Shown here: piece after piece, positions 18,662 to 28,065 of the stretch
Layout: every line of letters starts with the position of its first letter
Numbering within the stretch: the stretch's first letter is position 1
Assembly: GCA_041695225.1 (NCBI GenBank)
Contig: JBGFRI010000030.1
Span: forward strand, 59,025-123,024
Reading direction: 5' to 3'
From: Deinococcota bacterium
Lineage (GTDB): Bacteria; Deinococcota; Deinococci; Deinococcales; Thermaceae
Length of the DNA stretch: 64,000 nucleotides
The notes under the pieces: model-generated
The model's database searches: none
What the model was told of the DNA's origin: nothing
The model's input: only the letters and a program-made list of their open reading frames with translations
Translations under genes and position numbers: made by a program

Positions 18662-19879
18662 ATGGCCGCCGTTGCAGCAAAATCTTCCCAAAAAACCCAG
18701 TCCACCCTGGCTCTGGCCTGGAGACGCTTCAGAAAACACAAAGCCGCCATGGTCTCGCTGGGCGTGGTGATCTCCCTGGTGCTGATGGCAGTTTTTGCCC
18801 CCTGGATTGCACCCCATAGCCCGACTGCCCAGCCTACCGGCGACGACCTGGCCGCCTACTTTTTCCAGGGACCCTCGGCGCAGCACTGGCTGGGCACCGA
18901 CGACCTGGGCCGCGATGTCCTTTCGCGCCTGATCTATGGCGCCCAGATCTCACTGCTGGTGGGGTTTATCGCCGCTTTTGCGGCGGCCCTGATTGGCACC
19001 ACCCTAGGCGTGCTGGCCGGCTACTACTCGGGCCGGCCGCTGCGTTTCTACGCCGGCCCATTTGCTAAGGGTTCAGGCGGCTTTAGACCCCTGCCTTTTG
19101 CAGTCTGGCGGGTTGTCTCCTGGCTGCTGCTGTTTTTGCTGCTGTATCTGGCCGCCGACCTGGCCTGGCAGCTCTCCGGAACAAATGTACAAGCGCTGTT
19201 TGCCGGCGCGGTGACCCTGAACAATGTCCTGTCGCTGCTGGGCTTAGCCCTGGTCTGGGGCCTGGTGCTGTTTGGTGTGTTCTGGGGGTTGTTCGGCCAG
19301 AACCGAATTGACCTGGATGTGATCATCTCGCGCTTTATGGACTTTATGCTCACCATCCCCGAGCTGCCGCTGTTGCTGGTGCTCTCGGCCCTGCTCCGAG
19401 ATACCCAGGGGGTGGTAGGGCAGTGGGCCAACCAGGTTTTTGGCGAGGCGGCCTCGGTCTTCATTATCATTACCATTATTGTGCTGTTTGGCTGGATAGG
19501 AACCGGCCGCCTGATGCGGGGGGCGGTGTTGAGCCTGCGCGAGCAGGAGTTCACCACTGCCGCCCAGGCCCTCGGTGCTGGTGAGGCGCGCATTATGTTC
19601 CGGCATCTGGTACCCAACACCCTGGCCCCGCTGATCGTGAACGCCACCCTGGCTGTCGGGGGCGCGATACTGACCGAGGCGGCCCTCTCGTTCCTGGGTT
19701 TTGGCATCCAGCCGCCCGTAGCCACCTGGGGTAACATGCTGACCCGGGCCCAGGAGTACATTTTTACTGCCCCCTGGCTGGCGCTGGCGCCGGGCTTCAT
19801 GATCTTTATCACCGTGCTGGCCTTCAACTACCTGGGGGATGGTCTGCGGGACGCGCTCGATCCGCGTAGCAGGCTGTAA
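18662..19879 (+). CDS. Peptide ABC transporter permease (OppC/DppC type) with an internal membrane insertion
   Basis: Motifs HWLGTDDLGRD, EF..AAQALG, RHLVPN, EAALSFLG and GDGLRDALDP. Confidence 0.92.
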   Translation: MAAVAAKSSQKTQSTLALAWRRFRKHKAAMVSLGVVISLVLMAVFAPWIAPHSPTAQPTGDDLAAYFFQGPSAQHWLGTDDLGRDVLSRLIYGAQISLLVGFIAAFAAALIGTTLGVLAGYYSGRPLRFYAGPFAKGSGGFRPLPFAVWRVVSWLLLFLLLYLAADLAWQLSGTNVQALFAGAVTLNNVLSLLGLALVWGLVLFGVFWGLFGQNRIDLDVIISRFMDFMLTIPELPLLLVLSALLRDTQGVVGQWANQVFGEAASVFIIITIIVLFGWIGTGRLMRGAVLSLREQEFTTAAQALGAGEARIMFRHLVPNTLAPLIVNATLAVGGAILTEAALSFLGFGIQPPVATWGNMLTRAQEYIFTAPWLALAPGFMIFITVLAFNYLGDGLRDALDPRSRL

Positions 19880-20238
19880 GCGAATGTCGCAGGTCGCAAG
19901 TCTCAGGTCCAGGGTCGGCTGGGCTGGGAGTGTCTAGAGCCTCCCCAAAGATTGCTGGTTTTTTACTTTCGGACTTCAACTCCATCACACCCAGCGCGTG
20001 CTGCGCGATGGTTTGAAAACCTCGCCGATCTTACGAGCCAGTTAGCCTCAGGCCCTTGGCGAAGCAGTCTAGGGCCGCTCACCGAGCCAGGCACCGCTTG
20101 TTCTTGTTGCGGGCTTATGGCAATTGACCAGGGGGTCTATGGCGCCTGGTAGTCTGCTCCTTGCACCGATAAATGAGTATTGGTGGCTTGCGGGGAAATC
20201 TAACGGTGCCTGGGCCGGGCTGATTGTATTGTACTGAA

Positions 20239-21216
20239 ATGCGCGCTGTGCTGGTAACCAGCTTGTTGGTCTTGATGCCGGTGGTTTCTGCACAAGAGAC
20301 CTCGGCCTTCGGGGTAGCCTGGGAGTGTACGGTTCCAGAAGAAAATGTGCTCTGTCTGGATGCCTCGAGCCTGCTACAGTTTGGCCTGCGCCGTGATGGG
20401 GCCAGACCTGCCGAGCCGGGACTGGCTTTTGGCGCAGGGTTGCAGGTGCAGACCCGGCAAGAAGGGGTTGAGGTACGAGCCAGCCTGGCCCTGTGGTACG
20501 AGGCGGTGATGCAGCTAGGGCTGCTGGAGGCCTACACCCAGATGGACTTTGGGGAGTTTGGCCTGAGCCTGGGTAAACGCCGCGATTATAGCGGCCCCTG
20601 GGACGATACCCTGATGGGGCGGGATGGGCGATGGGGAGTTTTTGCTGGCTATACTCCCGCCGAGATACCCTGGCTGGGTGTTGAAATGGCCTACCTGCCC
20701 AGTGCGGGAATGAGGGGTGGGCAGGCCTTTGTGGGTAGCCGGCTTTACATCTTCCGGCTGGGAGCCTTTGTGGAAGTGGTGCAGGCTTCCGGGGGTCTGG
20801 GTGCGCTGGAGCCTTCCATAAGGGTTAATCCCAGGCTGGGGCTGCAAGGGCAGCAGGTAGAGGTTTTCTGGCAGCAAGACCGGGGTTTCTGGAGCACTGC
20901 CTCCATACCGCTGCCCCTGGGGCAGGCCCTGGGTCATGTGTTAAAGCCTCCCTTCGACGCCCAGACCCAGGCCTGGATACACGCGTTAGACCAGGGCCGG
21001 GTTGAGTGGTTACTGTGGTGGAACCCGGCATGGGAGTACCTGGGTGAGGGTAGCCCTTTCCGGCCCGAGCGACGTTTAGAAGCCTGGCTGCAGGAGCCGC
21101 GCAAACTGCTGGTCGGGGTAGCCTACAACTGGAACGACCAGATGCGCCTGGGAATAGACCTTTCCAGAGCTCCGGTAGAGGCAGTGCGCCTGTACCTGCA
21201 GGTTTACTGGCGGTAG
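20239..21216 (+). CDS. Exported hypothetical protein, possible outer-membrane beta-barrel
   Basis: Signal peptide (VSA-QE), alternating beta-strand pattern, C-terminus LYLQVYWR. Confidence 0.55.
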   Translation: MRAVLVTSLLVLMPVVSAQETSAFGVAWECTVPEENVLCLDASSLLQFGLRRDGARPAEPGLAFGAGLQVQTRQEGVEVRASLALWYEAVMQLGLLEAYTQMDFGEFGLSLGKRRDYSGPWDDTLMGRDGRWGVFAGYTPAEIPWLGVEMAYLPSAGMRGGQAFVGSRLYIFRLGAFVEVVQASGGLGALEPSIRVNPRLGLQGQQVEVFWQQDRGFWSTASIPLPLGQALGHVLKPPFDAQTQAWIHALDQGRVEWLLWWNPAWEYLGEGSPFRPERRLEAWLQEPRKLLVGVAYNWNDQMRLGIDLSRAPVEAVRLYLQVYWR

Positions 21217-22019
21217 GGCTGGTAGCCGGCGCGTACAAAGTAAAGGCCCTGCGCCGGCGCCGTAGCCCCAGCATTCTGACGGTCTCTGCTTTTGAGCAGG
21301 GCGCTAAAGGAGCTCGAGTCGCGCTTGCCCAACCCTACCTCGACCAGCGTACCCACCATGCTGCGCACCTGCCCGCGCAAAAAGCCCGAACCCACAAACT
21401 CAATCCAGATCTCCCGCCCGCCCTCGCTGGGCCACACTTCCAGATGGGTGCGGTAGATCTGCCGCACGGTAGCACGCTCTTCTTTGACGGCAAAGGCCCT
21501 GAAGTCGTGGGTACCCGCCAGGTATTCCAGCGCATGTCGCATGGGAATCAGGTTGAGAGACTGGGGAATCCACCAGACCCTGTGGCGGTCCAGGGCTGGG
21601 GGCATCCGGCGTTGGGCAATACGGTAGCGGTACTCGCGCCAGTAGCAGCTCTTGCGGGCATGAAAGTCGCGGGATACCTCCTGGGCAGCCACGGCCCGAA
21701 CATCCGGAGGTAGCAGGCTGTTGAGGGCGTGGGGAATTTTTTCGGTGGGGATGCTGTCTTCGGTATCGTAGTGGATGGGCATGGCCAGCGCATGTACGCC
21801 GGCGTCGGTGCGGCCGCAGGCCCAGATTTTGGGCCTTGCGCCGGGAATCTTGTCCAGAGCGGCCTCGAGCACCTGCTGCACGGTTCGCACTGGCCTGGCC
21901 CGGGGGAGTTTCCCCTCGGTGGCAGAGGGGACTAAAGGCAGAGGGTTAGCCCGGACCTGGGTCTGAAGTCCGGCGAAATGGGTTCCGTCGTACTCGAGGG
22001 TTACCAGGATGCGCCGCAT
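21204..22019 (-). CDS. truA: tRNA pseudouridine(38-40) synthase
   Basis: Motifs LEYDGTHFAG.Q, GRTDAGVHA, FHAR, GTHDF, FLRGQVR and TAPAQGL. Confidence 0.95.
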   Translation of the reverse strand: MRRILVTLEYDGTHFAGLQTQVRANPLPLVPSATEGKLPRARPVRTVQQVLEAALDKIPGARPKIWACGRTDAGVHALAMPIHYDTEDSIPTEKIPHALNSLLPPDVRAVAAQEVSRDFHARKSCYWREYRYRIAQRRMPPALDRHRVWWIPQSLNLIPMRHALEYLAGTHDFRAFAVKEERATVRQIYRTHLEVWPSEGGREIWIEFVGSGFLRGQVRSMVGTLVEVGLGKRDSSSFSALLKSRDRQNAGATAPAQGLYFVRAGYQPYRQ

Positions 22020-22195
22020 CCGGGGAACGGATTCAGATAACGATTCAGAGCCTTCCAAAACGAAAACTATTCTATCGCGGCGCTGAGTGTTTATACTGGG
22101 GCCAAAACAAACACCGGGGGCTTATAGGGTCGAGAGTCAAGAGCAGAAAGCCTGCAATCTTCAGGGAGGCTCGAGCCTCTCCCGGCCCAGTCTGA

Positions 22196-22331
22196 CCCTA
22201 GACCCTAGACCTGCGACCCGGGTCTTGCGACCCGTGACCTGCGACCTGCGACCATGGCCGATAGCTGATAGCCAATAGCTGATAGCTTTTGGCCTGAGAC
22301 CTTCGACCCTCGACCCTCGACCCTCGACCTG
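22196..22331. repeat. Composite heptamer tandem repeat (GCGACCT / GATAGCT / TCGACCC units)
   Basis: Visible 7-bp periodicity. Same architecture at 43262-43455 and 59722-59860. Confidence 0.9.
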
Positions 22332-22350
22332 AATTGCGTTACCGATACCA

Positions 22351-23697
22351 CTAACACGGCTTTTCTGCGCCTTTGCGGGCGTAGTAGTACCAGTTGAGCG
22401 CCACGTTCAGAGCATAGAAGATGGCCGCGCCGATAAAGAAGGCTATAGCCGAGCCGGTGCTGGCAATTGCCGCTCCCATCAGCACCGAGACCACAAAGGG
22501 GCCGTAGGCGGCAATGGCTGCGGTCCAGCCGATAACCCCTCCCGCTTTGCGCGGCTCGAAGATCATGGGCATCTGCTTGAAGGTGCTGGCGTTGCCAATT
22601 CCGGCGAAGAAGAAGAGCAGCAGCATAAAGGTCACAAACCAGGGAAAGTCTGCCAGCGAGTCGGGGCGCAGGAAAAAGGTCACCCCAATAGCCGAGAACA
22701 AGAGACCCAGACCGCTGATCTGGGTCCAGAACGCCCCACCGTGGCGGTCGGTGAGCGGTCCCGCCACGATCCGGCTAAGCGAGCCTACCAGCGGCCCCAG
22801 GAAAGCAAAGGCTAGCGGGTCGGGGGCGCCCTCAAAGCCGCCGTAGGCAGTCTTGATCAGCAGGGGGAAGGTGGCGGAGAAGCCGGTAAACGAGCTCAGG
22901 GTCATGATGTAGAGGCTGGTCTGGAACCAGGTGTGTTTGTCGCGGAAAATATCGAACTGCTCGGCCAGATTGGCCCGGATGGGCACGCTTTTGAGCAGAT
23001 TCCAGGCCAGGAGCGACCCCAGCAGTACAAAGGGAACATAGATCAGCAGTGCGTTTTGTAGCCAGACCGGGGTGCTCACTCCGGCCCGGGTGAGGGTCTG
23101 GGGGTCGCCCAGCAGCGGGCCCAACAAAGCGAAACCGATAATCCAGGGGGTGACGAACTGCACCACCGACACCCCAAAGTTGCCCAGGCCGGCCTGCAGG
23201 GCCAGTGCAGTGCCCACCAGCCTGCGCGGGAAAAAGTAGCTGGTGCTGGGCATAAAACCCGAGAAGTTGCCGCCGCCAACCCCAGCCAAAAAGGCCAGCA
23301 ACATTAGCACCCAGTAGGGGGTATCAACATTCTGCACCGCCCAGGCCCAGCCCAGCAGGGGAATGAGCAGCAGCAGATTGGAGAACGTTACCAGGTGCCG
23401 TGTGCCCACGACCGGGGGTAGGAAGGCCCAGATAATGCGCAGGGTTCCACCGGCCAGGCCGGGCATGGCGGCCAGCCAGAAGAGCTGGCTGGTAGTAAGC
23501 TCGAAGCCTACCTGCGGAAGCCGCACTACCAGGGCGCTGACCACGAACCAGGTGATAAAGCACAGGGTCAGGCTGAAGGTGGTGACCCAGAGGGTTCGCC
23601 AGGCCAGCGCCTTTCCGGCGCTCTCCCAGAACTCGGGGTTCTCGGGCTCCCAGCGCGATAGCCAGGTTTTTGGATCTTGGTGTTTTGATGGGTTCAC
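22351..23697 (-). CDS. narK2: NarK2-type nitrate/nitrite MFS transporter (NarT-like)
   Basis: WEPENPEFW, nitrate-signature GGGNF..M..S.FFP and GIGNASTF. AAGGAG RBS before the GTG at 23697. Confidence 0.88.
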   Translation of the reverse strand: MNPSKHQDPKTWLSRWEPENPEFWESAGKALAWRTLWVTTFSLTLCFITWFVVSALVVRLPQVGFELTTSQLFWLAAMPGLAGGTLRIIWAFLPPVVGTRHLVTFSNLLLLIPLLGWAWAVQNVDTPYWVLMLLAFLAGVGGGNFSGFMPSTSYFFPRRLVGTALALQAGLGNFGVSVVQFVTPWIIGFALLGPLLGDPQTLTRAGVSTPVWLQNALLIYVPFVLLGSLLAWNLLKSVPIRANLAEQFDIFRDKHTWFQTSLYIMTLSSFTGFSATFPLLIKTAYGGFEGAPDPLAFAFLGPLVGSLSRIVAGPLTDRHGGAFWTQISGLGLLFSAIGVTFFLRPDSLADFPWFVTFMLLLFFFAGIGNASTFKQMPMIFEPRKAGGVIGWTAAIAAYGPFVVSVLMGAAIASTGSAIAFFIGAAIFYALNVALNWYYYARKGAEKPC

Positions 23698-23786
23698 AGA
23701 AAACTCCTTGGTGTGCTGCAACAAAGCGCGGGAAAACTAGCCCATAACAACCGCGAACTGGTAACATCTGCCCATAATTCCACCGG

Positions 23787-25130
23787 CTACTGGTTCTCGC
23801 CAGGGGGTGGGTCGAACCTGCCCTTTAGCTCGGGAGCAGCCTTGTTGAGCATCGAGAGCACGGTCAGGTGCATCCAGATCAAACAAATTGCGGTGAGCAC
23901 AAACACCACTGCAAAGGTCATCTGGGGCAGACCGGTCAGAGCCTCGGCATAGGCAAACAGCGGGGGTAAGAAGAAGCCGCCCAGGGCCCCGAGCATACCC
24001 ACCAGGCCGGTAACCGTGCCCACATTTTTGGGATAGTATTCCGGGATGTACTTGATGTTGGCGGCCTTGCCGATGCCCTGTGCTGTGCCCATCAGAAAGA
24101 TGAGCACGGTAAACGACCAGACGGTCATGGTGTAGTGCATTACTTCACGCATACCACCAGCCTCGTTGGGCAGATACAGCACAATGTGTCCGTCGGGCAT
24201 CATGAGGATGCCGCTGGTGAAAAGCATGCCCCCCCAGGTCCAGTACATCACCCTTCTGGCCCCAAACCGGTCCGAGAGCCAGCCCCCAACCGGCCGCATG
24301 AGCGAGGAAGGGAGAATGAAAAACAGGGTCAAGAGAGCCGCCTGGTATAGTGGTAGCCCAAAAACGTCTACAAAATACCGGGGCAGCCAGCCCGCCAGCG
24401 CCACATAGGCCCCCAGGGTTACCACGTAGTAAAGGCTAAAGCGCCAGACCCGCAGTTCTTTTAGCGGGGCTAGCATCTCGGATAGGGGCTGGCCTGCGGC
24501 AGGCTTGCGGTCAACTCGAGGGCTCAAGAACCATACCGCCACTCCCATCAAGAGTAATAGCACCCCATACATGAAAGGCAGAAAGCGCCAGTCGCCGGGA
24601 ATGGCCCCACCCAGAAAACCTGCCGCGGGCACTGCGGCAATAAGCGCGGGGCCAATAAACTTGGTCACCGAGGCGCCCACATTGCCCGCACCAAAGAAGC
24701 CCATGGCATAGCCTTGCTGATGGCGGGGAAACCAGGCGGCGTTCCAGGCCGTGCCCACGCTAAAGGCGTTGCCCGCGAATCCCACCAGAAAGGCATAGAA
24801 GAGCAGCATGGGGAAGCTGGTGGCATAGGCTACCAGGAAGGCCGGAATAGCGGTAAGGAAGAGCATTGAGGTGAATACGATTTTGCCCCCATAGCGGTCG
24901 GCCAGTATTCCCGCCACCAGGCGCCAGATGGCCCCGTTGAGGATGGCCCCAGCAATCAGCCAGCTCAGCTGCACGGTGGAGAGACCAAACTCCTCCCGAA
25001 TTGGCACGCCCAGTACCCCGAACATGGTCCAGACTGCAAACATCAGGGTGAAGCCGATGAACGACAGGGTAAGCACCCGGACACGCGCACCGCGTTCGGC
25101 ATCCTGAACGGGGTGGTTAGTCTGTACCAC
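23787..25130 (-). CDS. narK: NarK1-type nitrate/nitrite MFS transporter
   Basis: Motifs FAVW, GNAFSVG..W...WFP..QG.A.G.FGAGN, RP.GGWLSDRFG and GALGGF. Confidence 0.88.
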   Translation of the reverse strand: MVQTNHPVQDAERGARVRVLTLSFIGFTLMFAVWTMFGVLGVPIREEFGLSTVQLSWLIAGAILNGAIWRLVAGILADRYGGKIVFTSMLFLTAIPAFLVAYATSFPMLLFYAFLVGFAGNAFSVGTAWNAAWFPRHQQGYAMGFFGAGNVGASVTKFIGPALIAAVPAAGFLGGAIPGDWRFLPFMYGVLLLLMGVAVWFLSPRVDRKPAAGQPLSEMLAPLKELRVWRFSLYYVVTLGAYVALAGWLPRYFVDVFGLPLYQAALLTLFFILPSSLMRPVGGWLSDRFGARRVMYWTWGGMLFTSGILMMPDGHIVLYLPNEAGGMREVMHYTMTVWSFTVLIFLMGTAQGIGKAANIKYIPEYYPKNVGTVTGLVGMLGALGGFFLPPLFAYAEALTGLPQMTFAVVFVLTAICLIWMHLTVLSMLNKAAPELKGRFDPPPGENQ

Positions 25131-25866
25131 GGGAGGTCCTACTCTCCGGCAGACCGGGCTCTGCTTTCGCAACCGAGGAGGGAGCAGCCTGGGGCCGGTT
25201 TTTCTTGATCCAGACCACGATCTGCCAGGGCCGCCACAGGTAGCCGATGGGCAGGGTTACGATGTGAATTAACCGGGTAAATGGGAAGACCGCCACCAGC
25301 ACCCAGAAACTAAGGACATGTAGCTGGATCCAGATGGGCAGGTCGGCTAAAAGCTCGGGCCGGGGGTTCAGGGTGAAGATGGACCACAGGTAGGGGGTTA
25401 GCACCGAAGGAAACCAGTAGGAGCCGAAGCGCGACATCACCGCAGTCAGAATGCCCGTCACCACCGAGACCCCTAGCAGCAGCAGCACCAGTAGATCGGT
25501 GGGATATGTTACCGCCAGAATTCGACGGTTCGAGAGGCGTCGGTAGGCCAGAATGGCCAGGCCCCCCAGGGTCCACAAGGCCAGTATCAGGCCGGTGATT
25601 TCCAGCAGAAACAGCCTTACTGGCACCGAGTTCCACCACAGTAGCCCTTGCGGAAGCAGGATGGCCATGAGGTGCAGTAGCAGAATGGCCAGCAGCCCCC
25701 AGTGGAAGGGAACGGAGCCAAAGTAGAGTAGCTTGCGCTCCAGAATCTGGCTCGAGAGGCTCGAGACACTGAAGGGCCGGTTCCTCATGCGCTGAAAGCC
25801 GACGATGATCAAGAGCGCCAGCGCCACATAGGGGAAAATTTGAAAAAGCAAGACATTCCAGTTCAC
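25117..25866 (-). CDS. narI: Respiratory nitrate reductase gamma subunit
   Basis: Motifs SSLSSQILE, FHWG..H, QLH and FPFTRLIH (heme b ligands). Confidence 0.93.
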   Translation of the reverse strand: MNWNVLLFQIFPYVALALLIIVGFQRMRNRPFSVSSLSSQILERKLLYFGSVPFHWGLLAILLLHLMAILLPQGLLWWNSVPVRLFLLEITGLILALWTLGGLAILAYRRLSNRRILAVTYPTDLLVLLLLGVSVVTGILTAVMSRFGSYWFPSVLTPYLWSIFTLNPRPELLADLPIWIQLHVLSFWVLVAVFPFTRLIHIVTLPIGYLWRPWQIVVWIKKNRPQAAPSSVAKAEPGLPESRTSRGTD

Positions 25867-26447
25867 TTGTGACCTCCTTTCCAGAAAGGAAGCTGACTGA
25901 ACAGCGAGCCTAGCACTGTGGGGGATGGCGCCGGGGTGCTGGCAGGGGGTTTGGCATAGGGCCGGACCGCCCCCTGGGTGGCTTCGAGCAAGTACAGGTA
26001 GGGGTTCTTGGGCTCGAGGGTTCTGAGGGTATGTGCAATCTGCTGCAACGCCGGCGCCAGCAGCCCGAGTAGCTCGGGTAGAGGCTCTTCGGCTTTGGCG
26101 AGGTAGCGCAGTACCGGAATCAGGTGGTCGGGAAGCTCGCCCTGGCTATCCACTCCCAGCCGGGCATACTCGGCGTTCAGCTCGGCCATGAAGCGCCCCC
26201 GCCGGTAGTCTTCGCCGTAGACGGCATAACCCAGATTGGGTGCGGTGAGCGGGGTCAGGTCCAGGGTGCGGGTGTGTAGCTCTTCCCGCTCGGCCAGTCT
26301 GAGCCCAGAGGTGGCTTGCAGAAAGCGCTCGAGCAAAGGTTTGCCGGGGGAGCCCGGCAGGGCAATGACCCGCTCCCACAGCGCATTGGTAGAGCCAGGG
26401 CTGGGGTACTGATAGGCCAGCGCAAGGGTTTCCAAAGCTTCTTTCAT
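25863..26447 (-). CDS. narJ: Nitrate reductase chaperone
   Basis: Motifs LAYQYP, GEDYRRG and ELPDHL. Position between narH and narI. Confidence 0.9.
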   Translation of the reverse strand: MKEALETLALAYQYPSPGSTNALWERVIALPGSPGKPLLERFLQATSGLRLAEREELHTRTLDLTPLTAPNLGYAVYGEDYRRGRFMAELNAEYARLGVDSQGELPDHLIPVLRYLAKAEEPLPELLGLLAPALQQIAHTLRTLEPKNPYLYLLEATQGAVRPYAKPPASTPAPSPTVLGSLFSQLPFWKGGHK

Positions 26448-26449
26448 GG

Positions 26450-27958
26450 CTACTTCCCCCTTACCGGCAGCTCGATGAACCCCACCCCGGTCTCGCCCTT
26501 GTGGGCCAGGGGGTCGTTCCAGGCCTCCACTGCCATCTCGCGGTGATAAGGCGGTACCACAAAGCGCTCCTGCAGGGTGGGCTTGGCAGTGAGCCGGTAG
26601 ATGGCCTCGAGCTCCTCGGGGCTGCTGCCGGCCGCCTCCACAATCTTCAGGGTGGCGGCGTCAATGCTGCCTTCCACACTCTGGCGGCGCTTGTAGATCC
26701 TCACCGCCAGCAGCTTGCGCAGGATGGGCTTGATGACCTCCACGTTGCCCGCCGCAAACAGGTTGGCCAGGTACTCTAGCGGCAGGCGGGCTTTTTCCAG
26801 GTGGTCAAACAGCTCGAAATCTACTCTGTCGGGCGGGAGCTCGAGCTTGAACAGCCCATTCTCGATGGTGCTGACCATGGGCGATAGCGGCGGGATGTAA
26901 AACAGCATGGCCATGGTGCGGTACTCGGGGTGTAGCGGCAGGGCCAGTTTCCAGACCTTGACGAACCGGTACACCGGCGAGTCCTGCGCGGCCTTGAGCC
27001 AGTCATCGCCCAGGCCACTGGCCCTGGCGGCGGCAATTACCGCGGGGTTAAAGGGGTCCAGAATCGCGTCTAGCTGGGCTCGCACCAGATCTCTGGTCTC
27101 GGCATTCGCCGCGGAAGCAATTTTGTCGGCGTCGTAGAGGATAACGCCCAGGTAGCGGATGCGGCCCACGCAGGAGTGGAAGCAGGCCGGGGCCTGGCCG
27201 GTCTCGAGGCGGGGGAAGCAGAGGATGCACTTCTCGCTCTTGCCGGTAGCCCAGTTGTAGTAGACCTTCTTGTAGGGGCAGGCCGAAACACACATCCGCC
27301 AGCCCTTACACTTGTTTTCGTTGACCAGCACCACCCCGTCCTCGGCCCGCTTGTAGATGGCCCCGCTCGGGCAGGCCGCCACGCAGGAGGGGTTCAGGCA
27401 GTGGTTGCAGATGCGCGGCATATAGTTGAAGGCCACCCGCTCGATCTCGGCCATCTGGGCCTGGATCTCCGGCGCCACGCCCTGCCAGTTGGGGTCGTTG
27501 CTGGCGTAGAGGTTGCTTCCGCCCAGGTCGTCGTCCCAGTTGGGGCCCGAAGTAATTTCCATGGGCAGGCCGGTAATCATCGAGATCGGGCGGGCTACTG
27601 GCTGGTCGTCGCCTTCGGGGGCGCTAAAGAGGTGCTGGTAGTCGAAGGTAAAGGGCTCGTAGTAGTCGTCTAGTTCCGGCAGGGCGGGGTTGTAGAACAG
27701 GTTGGTCAGGCCCGCTACCCGGGAGTGCAGTCTGAGCCTGAGCTGGCCGTTCTTTTTCTCCCAGCCACCCCCGAAGCGCTCCTGGTCTTCCCAGCCGGTG
27801 GGGTAGCCGGTTCCAGGCCGGGTCTCGACGTTGTTCCACCACATATACTCGGTGCCCTTGCGGTCGGTCCAGAGGTTCTTGCAGGCCACCGAGCAGGTGT
27901 GGCACCCGATGCATTTATCCAGGTGGAAAGCCATTGAAACGTGTGCGCGTATGTTCAT
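26450..27958 (-). CDS. narH: Respiratory nitrate reductase beta subunit
   Basis: Motifs LDKCIGCHTCSVACK, RICNHCLNPSCVAACP, CKGWRMCVSACP and KCILCFPR. Confidence 0.97.
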   Translation of the reverse strand: MNIRAHVSMAFHLDKCIGCHTCSVACKNLWTDRKGTEYMWWNNVETRPGTGYPTGWEDQERFGGGWEKKNGQLRLRLHSRVAGLTNLFYNPALPELDDYYEPFTFDYQHLFSAPEGDDQPVARPISMITGLPMEITSGPNWDDDLGGSNLYASNDPNWQGVAPEIQAQMAEIERVAFNYMPRICNHCLNPSCVAACPSGAIYKRAEDGVVLVNENKCKGWRMCVSACPYKKVYYNWATGKSEKCILCFPRLETGQAPACFHSCVGRIRYLGVILYDADKIASAANAETRDLVRAQLDAILDPFNPAVIAAARASGLGDDWLKAAQDSPVYRFVKVWKLALPLHPEYRTMAMLFYIPPLSPMVSTIENGLFKLELPPDRVDFELFDHLEKARLPLEYLANLFAAGNVEVIKPILRKLLAVRIYKRRQSVEGSIDAATLKIVEAAGSSPEELEAIYRLTAKPTLQERFVVPPYHREMAVEAWNDPLAHKGETGVGFIELPVRGK

Positions 27959-27975
27959 AAATCTCCTTCGGAGAT

Positions 27976-28062
27976 GTCAAAGGTCTATGGTCGAAAGTCA
28001 AAGGTCGAAGGTCTAAGGTCGGTGGACAATGTGTAGTGGCTTTTGACGTTCGACTTTCGACA
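27976..28062. repeat. Heptamer-repeat hairpin in the narG-narH spacer
   Basis: GTCAAAG/GTCGAAA/GTCGAAG units followed by their inverse, closed by GATGTC..GACATC. Confidence 0.75.
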
Positions 28063-28065
28063 TCC

